Made by a program: the position numbers and the translations under genes | The notes under the pieces: model-generated | Told to the model about the DNA's origin: nothing | Seen by the model: only the letters and a program-made list of their open reading frames with translations | The model's database searches: none | Part shown: one piece after another, positions 26,312 through 35,603 of the stretch | How the letters are laid out: every line of letters starts with the position of its first letter | How positions within the stretch are numbered: the stretch's first letter is position 1 | Source of the DNA: an uncultured Gammaproteobacteria bacterium | Lineage (GTDB): Bacteria; Patescibacteriota; Microgenomatia; Levybacterales; UBA12049 | NCBI GenBank assembly: GCA_964537895.1 | Contig: CAZIDK010000002.1 | Coordinates: 18,287-82,286 of the forward strand | Direction of reading: 5' to 3' | DNA: 64,000 nt

Positions 26312-26343
26312 CTAGGGCTCTTCCCCCTCTTTTGGCAAGGGTT
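26312..26343 (-). repeat. 32-nt element, copy 2 (5' of HD gene)
   Basis: CTAGGGCTCTTCCCCCTCTTTTGGCAAGGGTT on plus strand. Confidence 0.6.
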
Positions 26344-26384
26344 TCCGGCTACCGCATCCAATAAGCCTAGATTTTTGTAATTTG

Positions 26385-27044
26385 CTAAAGTAAGGACTTA
26401 ATTAAAGTCAGGACTTCACTTAAATCATCAACTACATTTTTCGCCCCTGCACTTACAAGCTCTTCTTTTGAATGATTTGTCGTAATTCCGATTGATTGCA
26501 CAATATCAAGTGCTTTTACCACTTTCATATCCGTTGGCCCATCTGCTACAAATATAATTAAATTCGGATTTTTGTCATTTATTATTTTTTGAAAATGTTC
26601 ATTTTTTGTCTTGAATATTTTATTAGTTCCTAAAATTAAATTAAAATAGTCAGATAACCGATTAAGGGAAACTAAATACTTAAGCTCATCCATAGGAATA
26701 CCACTTGAAATAAAGGTAAAATCAAAATTATTTTTTGCATATTTAAGCAATTCCAATGCTCCAGGGAGAAGTTCTATCTTAGGGTAATATTCATTTTTAA
26801 GAAGATTGCTAAATTTTTTTTCTATAATTTTGTATTCATCATCAGTTAAATTTTTGTTAAATTGTTTTCTGTAATAATAATCAAATTTATATCTCCTGGA
26901 TGTACCTCCCGTAGCAATCCAAAGACTTGCAGCATCGTTTTTGTTAACACTCCATTCTTTATTAAGTAAATCTCCGAATGCAACTGCTTTTTGATGTTCT
27001 ATGTTAATTATTACTCCATCATAATCTGTTCCAAATATTTTCAT
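26385..27044 (-). CDS. HAD-superfamily hydrolase
   Basis: N-terminal DYDGVI (DxDGx motif I). Confidence 0.55.
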   Translation of the reverse strand: MKIFGTDYDGVIINIEHQKAVAFGDLLNKEWSVNKNDAASLWIATGGTSRRYKFDYYYRKQFNKNLTDDEYKIIEKKFSNLLKNEYYPKIELLPGALELLKYAKNNFDFTFISSGIPMDELKYLVSLNRLSDYFNLILGTNKIFKTKNEHFQKIINDKNPNLIIFVADGPTDMKVVKALDIVQSIGITTNHSKEELVSAGAKNVVDDLSEVLTLIKSLL

Positions 27045-27089
27045 AACACATTATATTTTATAGTAGATTACTAGGGATTGCACCCCTCA

Positions 27090-27137
27090 GATTACAAGGG
27101 TCAAGATAAACGAGGTTATTACCTCGCCCTTGTAATC
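27090..27137. repeat. nested inverted repeat GATTACAAGGG...CCCTTGTAATC
   Basis: Perfect 11-bp arms plus inner CGAGGT/ACCTCG arms. Confidence 0.7.
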
Positions 27138-27223
27138 CTCACCCCGCTTTTTTAATTCATTTATTAGGAAGCAGGCAGGCTGCTTCCTAAATATAAATTA
27201 TTAAAAAGAGAGGGGGTGAATAT

Positions 27224-27364
27224 ATGAAACTGTTAACTGACGAATTAAGAAAAGAACTTCCGCCTTTGTATTCTAAAGAAAACGAAAAAGATCCGTTGGT
27301 AATTTGTAAGTTCTTTTTACCTATTGGATGTGAGGAAGTTGTAGATTGTCTTCTACTCTTTTAA
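27224..27364 (+). CDS. small ORF (46 aa), possibly a truncated gene remnant
   Basis: SD AGAGGGGGTG 7 nt upstream of the ATG; MKLLTDELRKELPPLYSKENEKDPLVICKFFLPIGCEEVVDCLLLF; not in the ORF track (<60 aa). Confidence 0.3.
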   Translation: MKLLTDELRKELPPLYSKENEKDPLVICKFFLPIGCEEVVDCLLLF

Positions 27365-27599
27365 TTCTTTTTTCATGCATATTATGTCCTGATGTAACTA
27401 ATTCAGAAAGTACTTCAATTCTTTCTTCCTGCGCTTTGTCAATTTTTTTAATTACAATTTCAATCTTTCTATCCAATGATTCAATTCTTTCATTTGCGTG
27501 CCCTAACTTATTTTCGACAACGCCAAGTTGTGTTTTAATAGGTTGAAGTTTTGTATCAATTAATTCACCGATTTTACCTAATAATTTTGTATCGTCCAT
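27321..27599 (-). CDS. coiled-coil protein, paralog of 24955..25338 lacking the heptad array
   Basis: Shared N-terminus (KLLxxIxxLI) and C-terminus (IEVLSELVTSGHNMHEKRIKRVEDNL). Confidence 0.55.
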   Translation of the reverse strand: MDDTKLLGKIGELIDTKLQPIKTQLGVVENKLGHANERIESLDRKIEIVIKKIDKAQEERIEVLSELVTSGHNMHEKRIKRVEDNLQLPHIQ

Positions 27600-27639
27600 T
27601 TTTATATAATACCCTACTCATTTTTGGTTTTCAAGATAG

Positions 27640-28842
27640 CTACTTTTCATAGAATTTTCTTCCTACAAGTTTTTTGGGAAGAAAGGGTAAATTACCTTTT
27701 GGTCCGACATATTTCTCACTCCATTTATAATCCTTTGCGTAACCTAAGTTTTTCATTAGTTTTGTCGGAGCATTTCGCAAATGCAAGGGAACGGGTTCAT
27801 TTGGAAATTCGTAAACTGCTTCTTTGGCTTTGCCAAGAGCGTTTGGAACTGCCCGTGATTTTGGCGCTTGCGAGAGGTAAATGACAACGTAGGCTAAAAT
27901 TAGTTGCGCTTCGGGCATTCCGATTTTATGAACCGCTTCAAACGCTTCGTCAGCTTGAATTAATGCTCCCCTATCCGCCATGCCGATATCTTCCGTAGCA
28001 AAAATAATCATTCTTCTGGCAATAAATTTTGGGTCTTCTCCGTTTTCAAGCATTCTGGCCATATAATAAAGCGCCGCGTCCGTATCGCTTCCCCGCATTG
28101 ATTTTATAAATGCGGAAATTATATTGTAATGTTCGTCGGCCTTTTTATCGTAAAGTCCGGCTGATTTTGTCTGGAAAATTTCCTGAATTATTTTTTCATC
28201 AATTTCATTTTGATTATACGAAGTAACTGCAATTTCTAAAGCGTTTAACATTATTCTTGCGTCTCCGCCGGAAAATCTTATCAATAGCTCTTTCGCGTTT
28301 TTGTCAATCTTCTTTTTAAAATTTCCCAAACCTCTTTTTTTATCTTTTAAAGCTCTGTCAAGAATTATCTGCAGTTCTTCGGGCTCCAAACTTTTTAGAA
28401 CTAAGACTTTAGAACGGGACAAAAGCGCGGAAATTACCTCAAAAGAAGGATTTTCTGTTGTGGCTCCAATAAGATTTAACGTTCCGTTTTCAACATAAGG
28501 AAGTAAAGCATCCTGTTGAGCTTTGTTCCATCTATGGATTTCATCAATAAATAAAATTGTCTTAATATTTTTATCTAAGTTTTGTTTTGCAGAATCAATT
28601 ATCTTATTTAAGTCGGCTTTTCCCGCTTGTACTGCAGAAATTGAATAAAATTCGGCGTTAATTTGATTTGCAATAATATTGGCTAACGTCGTTTTACCGG
28701 ATCCCGGAGGTCCCCAGAAAATTAAAGAAAATGGAGCTTCGGATTTAATTATTCTTCTTACAATTGCATTTTCGCCGGCCAAATCTTTCTGTCCGACAAA
28801 TTCATTGAAGCTTTGCGGTCTTAGTCTGAAAGCGAGGTTCAT
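27640..28842 (-). CDS. rarA: replication-associated recombination protein A (AAA+ ATPase)
   Basis: GPPGSGKTT Walker A, DEIHR Walker B region, RarA/MgsA C-terminal domain. Confidence 0.85.
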   Translation of the reverse strand: MNLAFRLRPQSFNEFVGQKDLAGENAIVRRIIKSEAPFSLIFWGPPGSGKTTLANIIANQINAEFYSISAVQAGKADLNKIIDSAKQNLDKNIKTILFIDEIHRWNKAQQDALLPYVENGTLNLIGATTENPSFEVISALLSRSKVLVLKSLEPEELQIILDRALKDKKRGLGNFKKKIDKNAKELLIRFSGGDARIMLNALEIAVTSYNQNEIDEKIIQEIFQTKSAGLYDKKADEHYNIISAFIKSMRGSDTDAALYYMARMLENGEDPKFIARRMIIFATEDIGMADRGALIQADEAFEAVHKIGMPEAQLILAYVVIYLSQAPKSRAVPNALGKAKEAVYEFPNEPVPLHLRNAPTKLMKNLGYAKDYKWSEKYVGPKGNLPFLPKKLVGRKFYEK

Positions 28843-28869
28843 ACAGCGTTATTCTACCACTTTTACAAA

Positions 28870-29793
28870 TTAAATTTCGTATTTGGTGTAAGGTGTTAAA
28901 GAGGCTCTGCCTGTTTTAAATACCGTTGCTAAAGTTCCCATAAGCTCTCCTTCTGTATACTCTTTAACTGCGGCTGTTGGCGTAGGAATAGGAAATGCCT
29001 GCAGTATTGTTCCACTTGGAATACTATCAGGGTATTTTCCTAAAATGTGCATGATCCGCATTAAATGAGCAGGATGTGAAACTATGGTAACTCTTCTTGG
29101 AGAAGATCCATCAGGATTATTCGGAAATTGCAATCCTTCGATTTGGTCTTGAGTATGTATGATTGGTTTTACTTCTTCACCTCTTGAGGTGAAGTTTTCG
29201 TACATAATTAATTTGCTAGCAGGGATTTTAAAGTTTCCTGCTTTTCTTGCTATCTCAAGAGCGTGTTTTATATGTAACGCTTGCCAATCAACAGACGTAT
29301 ACATTAAATACGGTCCATATTTTTCATAATCTTCAGCGGTTAATTCATTAGCTTTTTTAGAAGCTCCGGTTTGTTCTTCAATTCTTTTTGCAGTAACCAT
29401 TGAAGCCAATGTGTAAGCTGCTCTTATTCTTGCTCTATCCATTTTCCTAGACCATTTCCATTTGTGATAGTTTACATCGTCCAAATCAGTTTTGCCCGGC
29501 TCAAGCATATTGAAGCTATAAGGACCAGGACCTGAATCTATATAAATAACATCTGTATCGTTATGAATTTCAGGATGTTTTTGATGAGTCGCTTCTTCAA
29601 ATCTTTGAATCATGTCTATACCATTTCCAATAAATGATTTAACTCCTAAAAGATTGGCATAAGCAGCATCTTTCCATTTTTCATCATCGATTTGTCCGGA
29701 TATATTTTTGAAAAATTGATCTTTCTGTTCTTGTGACAAAATTCTTTGGGTTTCAGGAGAATGCGTTTCGGTCATGCGTGAATTATAGCTCAT
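28870..29793 (-). CDS. DUF218 (YdcF/SanA-like) family protein
   Basis: VTIVSHPAHLMR resembles the DUF218 VTsxxHmxRA signature. Confidence 0.45.
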   Translation of the reverse strand: MSYNSRMTETHSPETQRILSQEQKDQFFKNISGQIDDEKWKDAAYANLLGVKSFIGNGIDMIQRFEEATHQKHPEIHNDTDVIYIDSGPGPYSFNMLEPGKTDLDDVNYHKWKWSRKMDRARIRAAYTLASMVTAKRIEEQTGASKKANELTAEDYEKYGPYLMYTSVDWQALHIKHALEIARKAGNFKIPASKLIMYENFTSRGEEVKPIIHTQDQIEGLQFPNNPDGSSPRRVTIVSHPAHLMRIMHILGKYPDSIPSGTILQAFPIPTPTAAVKEYTEGELMGTLATVFKTGRASLTPYTKYEI

Positions 29794-29834
29794 TCGTTCT
29801 TATTATTTCAAATAGAAATGTTATACTAGTTTCG

Positions 29835-30515
29835 ATGATTAAATACGTTGGCTTTGATAAAGACGGGACTCTTATAGATAGCGCTAGGGCAATAACTAAA
29901 GAATGGGGAAAAATAATAAATCATGATTATGGTGTGGACCCAAAAGAGGCGGAGAAAATTTTCAGCGTAACGGCTGCAGGGCAGCCTACAGATTTGCAAT
30001 TAGAATTGACTCTTGAAGGACATGGGTTTTTCTTTTCTAAAGACGAGCTTTTTAAAAGAGCAAGTGAAATAGCAATTCGCTTGGGTAAAAACGTTAAAGC
30101 AGGGTTTTTCCCCGAAGTTATTGGAATTCTAAAAGAACTCAAGGAAAAAAGATATAATACTTTTCTGTCTTCAAGTCATCAGGAAACCGTAGTTAAAGAG
30201 GACTTGGAAAGAACCGGATTATTGGAATATATTGATTATTTTGTTGGAGCAAGGCCGAGCAAGCCGAGTTTTAAAAAAGGAGAACCTCATTTTAGAAATG
30301 TTTCTAAGCATTTCAATGTTCCTTTTGATGAATTTATTAAAAGAACAGTTTTTGTAGGAGATACTCCTCCCGATATTAAAGCAGCCAATGATTGCAATAT
30401 TATTAGCGTTGCAAGGCTAGGTTCTGTTCCGAAAGAAAAATTATTGGAAGCAGGAGCGAGATTTATAATAAACGATCTTACTGAATTACCTAAGATACTG
30501 TCTTCATTGGGTTAA
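29835..30515 (+). CDS. HAD-superfamily phosphatase (beta-phosphoglucomutase-like)
   Basis: MIKYVGFDKDGTLIDS (DxDGT motif I); start moved to the internal ATG at 29835 to avoid overlap. Confidence 0.65.
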   Translation: MIKYVGFDKDGTLIDSARAITKEWGKIINHDYGVDPKEAEKIFSVTAAGQPTDLQLELTLEGHGFFFSKDELFKRASEIAIRLGKNVKAGFFPEVIGILKELKEKRYNTFLSSSHQETVVKEDLERTGLLEYIDYFVGARPSKPSFKKGEPHFRNVSKHFNVPFDEFIKRTVFVGDTPPDIKAANDCNIISVARLGSVPKEKLLEAGARFIINDLTELPKILSSLG

Positions 30516-30517
30516 TT

Positions 30518-32347
30518 TTAATTTGCCCTTCCTTGCCTAACCCGTTCAAGTCTTGTAAGGTATTTTTTTCTAAGTCTTAAACTAAGAGGAGTAACTTCTA
30601 AAAGTTCGTCTTCTTCTAAAAAGTCCAAACATTGTTCAAGGCTCATTTTAACAGCCGGAGTTAGTGTACCCATATTTACATCAGAGGTTGACGCCCTCAT
30701 ATTAGTTTGTTTCTTTTCCTTTGTTACATTTATTTCTATGTCTTCCCGTCTTGAATTCTCGCCGATTATCATGCCTTCGTAAACCTTAGTCCCTGCGTCT
30801 ATAAAAGTAATTCCTCTTTGTTGGGCGTTGTTTAATCCGTAATGTAATGCATTTCCTGCTTCGGATGCAATTAAAACTCCGTTTCTTTTTTGATCAATTG
30901 CAGGGGTTAGGGGTTCATATTTATCAAACATGACATTAATAATTGCCGTTCCCTTAGTGCTTGTTAAAAGAGCCGTTCTAATTCCCAAAGTATTTTTGCT
31001 TGGAATACTATATTCTAGCTTTGTGTTTCCCTTTCCGTCGGCAAACATGTTGGTCATTATGCCCTTTCTTCCTCCGGCTTCCGCAGTAACGGCGCCTAAA
31101 AATTCATCCGGGATATCTATCATTAAATCTTCAATGGGTTCCATTTGCTTGCCATCTATTGTCTTTATAATAACTTCTGGTTTTCCGACCTGGAATTCAT
31201 ATCCTTCACGTCTGATTGTTTCTATAAGAATTGAAAGATGCAATTCTCCCCTTCCTGATAAGATAAACTTATCGTCCTTTTGTTCAAGTCTTAAACTGAT
31301 ATTAGTTTCTAATTCCTTAACGAGTCTTTCGTGAATTTGGCGGGAGTTGGAGTATTTTCCTTCTTTGCCTGCCATTGGAGATGAGTTTGCGGAAAGAGTA
31401 ATCTTTATCGTAGGTTCTTCAACGCTAATTCTAGGCAGTGGATCCGGAGATTTGGCATCGGCAATAGTGTCTCCAATGGTTACTTTGGAAAATCCTGTTA
31501 AATCAACGATATCTCCGGCAAAAGCTTCTTCAACCTCCATTTTTTTCAAGCCGTGAGAAAGTCTTATGCTCTCTGCTTTTCCCGGAATTTTATTTCCGTT
31601 TGCGTCTATTAAAATCAATGACTGTTCCTTGACTAAATTTCCCCTTTTGATTCTGCCGATAACGTGCTTTCCTTTATGCGTGTCGTAATCTAGACTTGTG
31701 ACAACCATCTGGAAATCACCGTCGTCAACTTTGGGTGCTGGAATATATTCTATTATTTCATTTAAGATTGATTCAAGGTTATCTGCAGTTTGCACTTCTT
31801 CTAAAATTTTAGAAGCTTTTCCTTCCCTTCCTATCGCGTAAAATACGGGAAAGTCCAAATGGTGAGTGTGGGTTGCAAGCTCCAGAAATAAGTCGTTGGT
31901 TTTCTCAACAGTTTTATTTATATCCGCCAATTTCTTATCTACCTTATTAACGACAACTATAATTTTAAGCCCTAATTCCAAAGCTTTTTTTAGGACAAAT
32001 TTAGTTTGCGGCATCGGTCCCTCCTGCGCATCGATAATTAAAAGCGCACCGTCTGCCATGTTAAGGGTTCTTTCTACTTCACCTGAAAAATCAGCATGGC
32101 CCGGAGTGTCAATAATATTTATTTTGAAATCGTGATAATAAATTGCAGTGTTTTTTGCCAAAATTGTAATTCCCCTTTCCCTTTCCAAAGGGTTTGAATC
32201 GAGGATGGTAGTTTGAGTCATTTCCGCTTCATTGTCTCTGAAGGTATGCGATTGTTTAAGCATAAAATCCACAAGCGTTGTTTTGCCGTGATCGACGTGA
32301 GCAATAACCGCAACATTTCTTATTTTGTCTGAAGTAAACTTATCCAT
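30518..32347 (-). CDS. typA: translational GTPase TypA/BipA
   Basis: AIIAHVDHGKTTL G1 motif, DTPGHADF, NKVD; about 609 aa. Confidence 0.9.
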   Translation of the reverse strand: MDKFTSDKIRNVAVIAHVDHGKTTLVDFMLKQSHTFRDNEAEMTQTTILDSNPLERERGITILAKNTAIYYHDFKINIIDTPGHADFSGEVERTLNMADGALLIIDAQEGPMPQTKFVLKKALELGLKIIVVVNKVDKKLADINKTVEKTNDLFLELATHTHHLDFPVFYAIGREGKASKILEEVQTADNLESILNEIIEYIPAPKVDDGDFQMVVTSLDYDTHKGKHVIGRIKRGNLVKEQSLILIDANGNKIPGKAESIRLSHGLKKMEVEEAFAGDIVDLTGFSKVTIGDTIADAKSPDPLPRISVEEPTIKITLSANSSPMAGKEGKYSNSRQIHERLVKELETNISLRLEQKDDKFILSGRGELHLSILIETIRREGYEFQVGKPEVIIKTIDGKQMEPIEDLMIDIPDEFLGAVTAEAGGRKGIMTNMFADGKGNTKLEYSIPSKNTLGIRTALLTSTKGTAIINVMFDKYEPLTPAIDQKRNGVLIASEAGNALHYGLNNAQQRGITFIDAGTKVYEGMIIGENSRREDIEINVTKEKKQTNMRASTSDVNMGTLTPAVKMSLEQCLDFLEEDELLEVTPLSLRLRKKYLTRLERVRQGRAN

Positions 32348-32530
32348 AATTCCGCCTAGCTTACTTTTCGCCTTTTCAATTCTATACGAATACGGCTCAA
32401 AGAGCGCTCTTCGTCGGATTGAGTATTATTAGAGAAGGCTTAGGGTACTCAAAAAAGCAGCTTTTGAAAGCTGCCTAATCATTATAGCATAATTAGCTTC
32501 GTTAAATTTATATTATTTGACATACCTCTT

Positions 32531-33289
32531 TTGATTAACTACATTTATAATATGGAAGACGAAAGGTTTTTACCGGAAGAGATAGAATCGAGCAAAAGCC
32601 GTTTTGATTTTAGAAATGCTTTTACCGTAAAAAGAATGGCTATAGCTTTCTTTATATTTCTATTTATAAACGTAATTTATATAGATTTACTTTTGATTCA
32701 GGGTTCAGGTAGGCAAACAATTGTGCAGAGATTTACCAATATAATAAGTCAAACTCCTTCTGCGGAAAATAAAGCTATTGTTTCTCCAGATATTTGTCCG
32801 CAAAGCTGTATCAATCAAATAGATCAAGCACTCGTTTCAAATAAACCTGCCGTGCTAACTCCAACCCCAACACCTGCTGTTTCCAATAACTTACCTTCTT
32901 TGCAAAACACAAATTCTTCTCAAACTAAGGAATATTATGTTCCTTTTGGTTCGGGATCGGGTTCTTCAAGCGATTGGACAGATGTGCCGGGGCTTCAGGC
33001 GTCGATAGACAGCAATTCTTACGGAACTATAAAAAATGTTGTTTTCGAAGCATCTTTGCATATCCCAACCGGTAATCAAACCGCAAGCGTAAGGCTTTAC
33101 AATGCAACCGATAATCATCCCGTTTGGAATTCGGAAGTTGATTTTAATGGAAATACTGTTTCTACTCTTAAAACATCACAGCTTGTGAATTTGGATATTG
33201 GAAACAAGCTTTATAAAGTGCAGATGAAAACTCAGCTTCAATTTCAGGCAATTCTTGACCAATCCAGGCTCCACATAACCACAAAATAA
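32531..33289 (+). CDS. secreted/membrane-anchored hypothetical protein
   Basis: One N-terminal TM helix, Thr/Pro-rich linker. Confidence 0.45.
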   Translation: MINYIYNMEDERFLPEEIESSKSRFDFRNAFTVKRMAIAFFIFLFINVIYIDLLLIQGSGRQTIVQRFTNIISQTPSAENKAIVSPDICPQSCINQIDQALVSNKPAVLTPTPTPAVSNNLPSLQNTNSSQTKEYYVPFGSGSGSSSDWTDVPGLQASIDSNSYGTIKNVVFEASLHIPTGNQTASVRLYNATDNHPVWNSEVDFNGNTVSTLKTSQLVNLDIGNKLYKVQMKTQLQFQAILDQSRLHITTK

Positions 33290-33487
33290 TAAATCTTAAA
33301 TTCACAAACCTATATCTTAAATTGACCCTGAAGTCAACCTCGCAGGTTACGTGCGTACAACCTGCGAGGTGGGAGTAGGTAAGAGTAGCGGAGGTGGAGA
33401 GAAAACTTTTCTCTCTGTAAAATTGTGACCCAGATCGTCGTATTTTGTTCGATTGATTTTCGTATAAAGTTCTTATATTGTAGATGT

Positions 33488-34759
33488 ATGCCCAAGATAA
33501 CCCGTCTGCCGGCGAGGCAGGTTCTTCACATCGACTTTGACTCATATTTTGCTTCCTGCGAGCAGCAATTTAATCCTAAGTTACGTGGAAAACCCATAGG
33601 CGTTACTGCTCAAAATGGCAGAACCTGCGTCATTGCAGCTTCAAGGCAGGCAAAAGCATTGGGAGTTAAATCCCCGAGCCGGACTTTCGAAGCTTTAGAA
33701 AAAATTCCCAATATGATATTTGTGCCTGCTCATTTTGAGAAATATTGGGAAATAACCCAGAAATTTTTAAACATCTGTAAAGATTATTCTCCATTCGTTG
33801 AGTTGTTTTCCCTTGATGAAGCGTTTATTGACATTACCGCAACGCAAAATCTGTATGGGGACAGATATAAGCTAATTAATAAAATAAAAGAGCGTATTAA
33901 AAACGAAATCGGAGAATACATAACGGTTTCTGTTGGAATTTCCCATAATAAGCTCTTGGCAAAACTCGCCTCCGGGCTTAATAAGCCCAACGGTATATTT
34001 GAAATAACTCCTCAAAATTTAAACGAAGTTTACGCAAAAGTAAAGCTTACCGATATCTGCGGGATCGGAGAGAGAATGGCCTTAAGGCTGAATAAGCTTG
34101 GGGTTTACAGTCTTTTGCAATTAAGAAACTTTAATAATGATATTCTTAAAGCAGAATTTGGCAATGTCTATTCTCAAGTTCTCATAAACATTGGAATAGG
34201 TAAAGATGAATCTGGCGTAGTCCCCTATTATCAAACACCGGAAGTAAAGTCCGTAGGCAGAAATTATTGTTTGCCCCATAATGAATATGATAAAAGAGTG
34301 GTTTTTCAAAATGTTTATGAGCTTTGCGAGGAGGTGGCGATAAAATTAAGAAGGCTCTCTAAAAAAGCAAGAACGGTATGGTTTTATTTAGGTGGTTCGT
34401 CAAGTACTCATGCAAGAAAAACAGTAAATGAATATTTTGATAGCGGACAGGACATTTTTAATATTTGCATGAACATTTTAAAACAAAATAATTTTGATTT
34501 TGGAAAAAGGGACTATGTAAGAAGAATTAGCGTTGGCGCCTCCTCCCTTGAAGATGTCTCGAATATCAGTCTTTTTCTATTTCCTCACGAAGTTAAAAAA
34601 CATAAGCTTTTGGAAACAGTTGATAAAATAAACGAAAAGTATGGAGATCATGCAATCAGAAACGGATTCTTGCTTTATGCAGACAAACTTAAAACGGTAC
34701 CTAATGGCTGGATGGCGGATAAATACGAACGGACAAAATTATCTTTATTGGAATTTTGA
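33488..34759 (+). CDS. dinB: DNA polymerase IV (Y-family)
   Basis: HIDFDSYFASCEQ and SLDEAFID catalytic motifs; start set at the internal ATG. Confidence 0.85.
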   Translation: MPKITRLPARQVLHIDFDSYFASCEQQFNPKLRGKPIGVTAQNGRTCVIAASRQAKALGVKSPSRTFEALEKIPNMIFVPAHFEKYWEITQKFLNICKDYSPFVELFSLDEAFIDITATQNLYGDRYKLINKIKERIKNEIGEYITVSVGISHNKLLAKLASGLNKPNGIFEITPQNLNEVYAKVKLTDICGIGERMALRLNKLGVYSLLQLRNFNNDILKAEFGNVYSQVLINIGIGKDESGVVPYYQTPEVKSVGRNYCLPHNEYDKRVVFQNVYELCEEVAIKLRRLSKKARTVWFYLGGSSSTHARKTVNEYFDSGQDIFNICMNILKQNNFDFGKRDYVRRISVGASSLEDVSNISLFLFPHEVKKHKLLETVDKINEKYGDHAIRNGFLLYADKLKTVPNGWMADKYERTKLSLLEF

Positions 34760-35560
34760 GCGGCACACCGCTTTTGCTTCTTCCAAAACTTCTTTTTTCT
34801 TATCTTCGGGTATGCCTATTAAATCCAAAACCGACGGTTGTTCTATTATTTCCTTGCATAAAACAATGTGGTTTTCCAAAAGCTGCTGTTTTTGATTCTC
34901 GGAAAGGGTTGTAAGAACAGTCATTGGGTGAAGATGAAATTTTTCAATTAAATCTCTTAAGCCTTCTTTTTCCGGGTAACTCCAGCTGATAATTTTAACA
35001 TTCTCACATAAAGCATAAGCCAGAGCATCGGATGTTACCTTTGTATTGGTTACAATCCAAGCTTGGGAAAGATTATATTTTTCCTTTATATCATCGAATC
35101 TTGCCTTGGTGTATAAAGCGACATGAACGTCGGTTCTTGTGCCAGAAGCATTATGGAATTTTGCTTCTATCATCACTCTTTCGTTTTGCTTTTGGGCAAT
35201 GACATCAATTTCGTGAACTACGCACATGCCTGATAACAGGGATCTGGTTTTTGTTGTATAGCCGTCTACTTTAAGAATTTCGGCAACAAAATCTTCAAAG
35301 GGATAACCCGTAGGTCCCAAAGCCATGATTGCCTGCTTAAGACTATATTTGGCCCTTTCGTACGAAGGGGTTTTTTCCAGGAATTCCATTATGTGGCGAT
35401 AAACTTCAGAGGTTGGAATATTTTCATAGAGCTTGCTTTTAACGTGTTCAACAACCTGCGGCTGCAGAGCCTTAGGTATACCTGCCCTTTGGATAGAAAT
35501 TTTTACCTTGTCTTCGCTAAAAGGCTCTTTTTCTCCTGTTGCTTTTATAACATTAACCAT
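34745..35560 (-). CDS. ATP-cone domain fused to a PD-(D/E)xK restriction-endonuclease-like domain
   Basis: N-terminal VIKATGEKEPFSEDKV (ATP-cone-like); C-terminal VHEIDVIA...IEAKF (D...ExK). Confidence 0.5.
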   Translation of the reverse strand: MVNVIKATGEKEPFSEDKVKISIQRAGIPKALQPQVVEHVKSKLYENIPTSEVYRHIMEFLEKTPSYERAKYSLKQAIMALGPTGYPFEDFVAEILKVDGYTTKTRSLLSGMCVVHEIDVIAQKQNERVMIEAKFHNASGTRTDVHVALYTKARFDDIKEKYNLSQAWIVTNTKVTSDALAYALCENVKIISWSYPEKEGLRDLIEKFHLHPMTVLTTLSENQKQQLLENHIVLCKEIIEQPSVLDLIGIPEDKKKEVLEEAKAVCRSKFQ

Positions 35561-35603
35561 AATTTAATGTTAAGGCCTAAGAATTATTTTTGCAATGCTT
35601 TAG

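Noticed and set aside
30930-32135. Several 69-134-aa plus-strand ORFs inside typA (and similar ones inside uvrA, rarA, ycaO)
   Set aside because: They are antisense or out-of-frame to well-supported long genes and show low-complexity composition.
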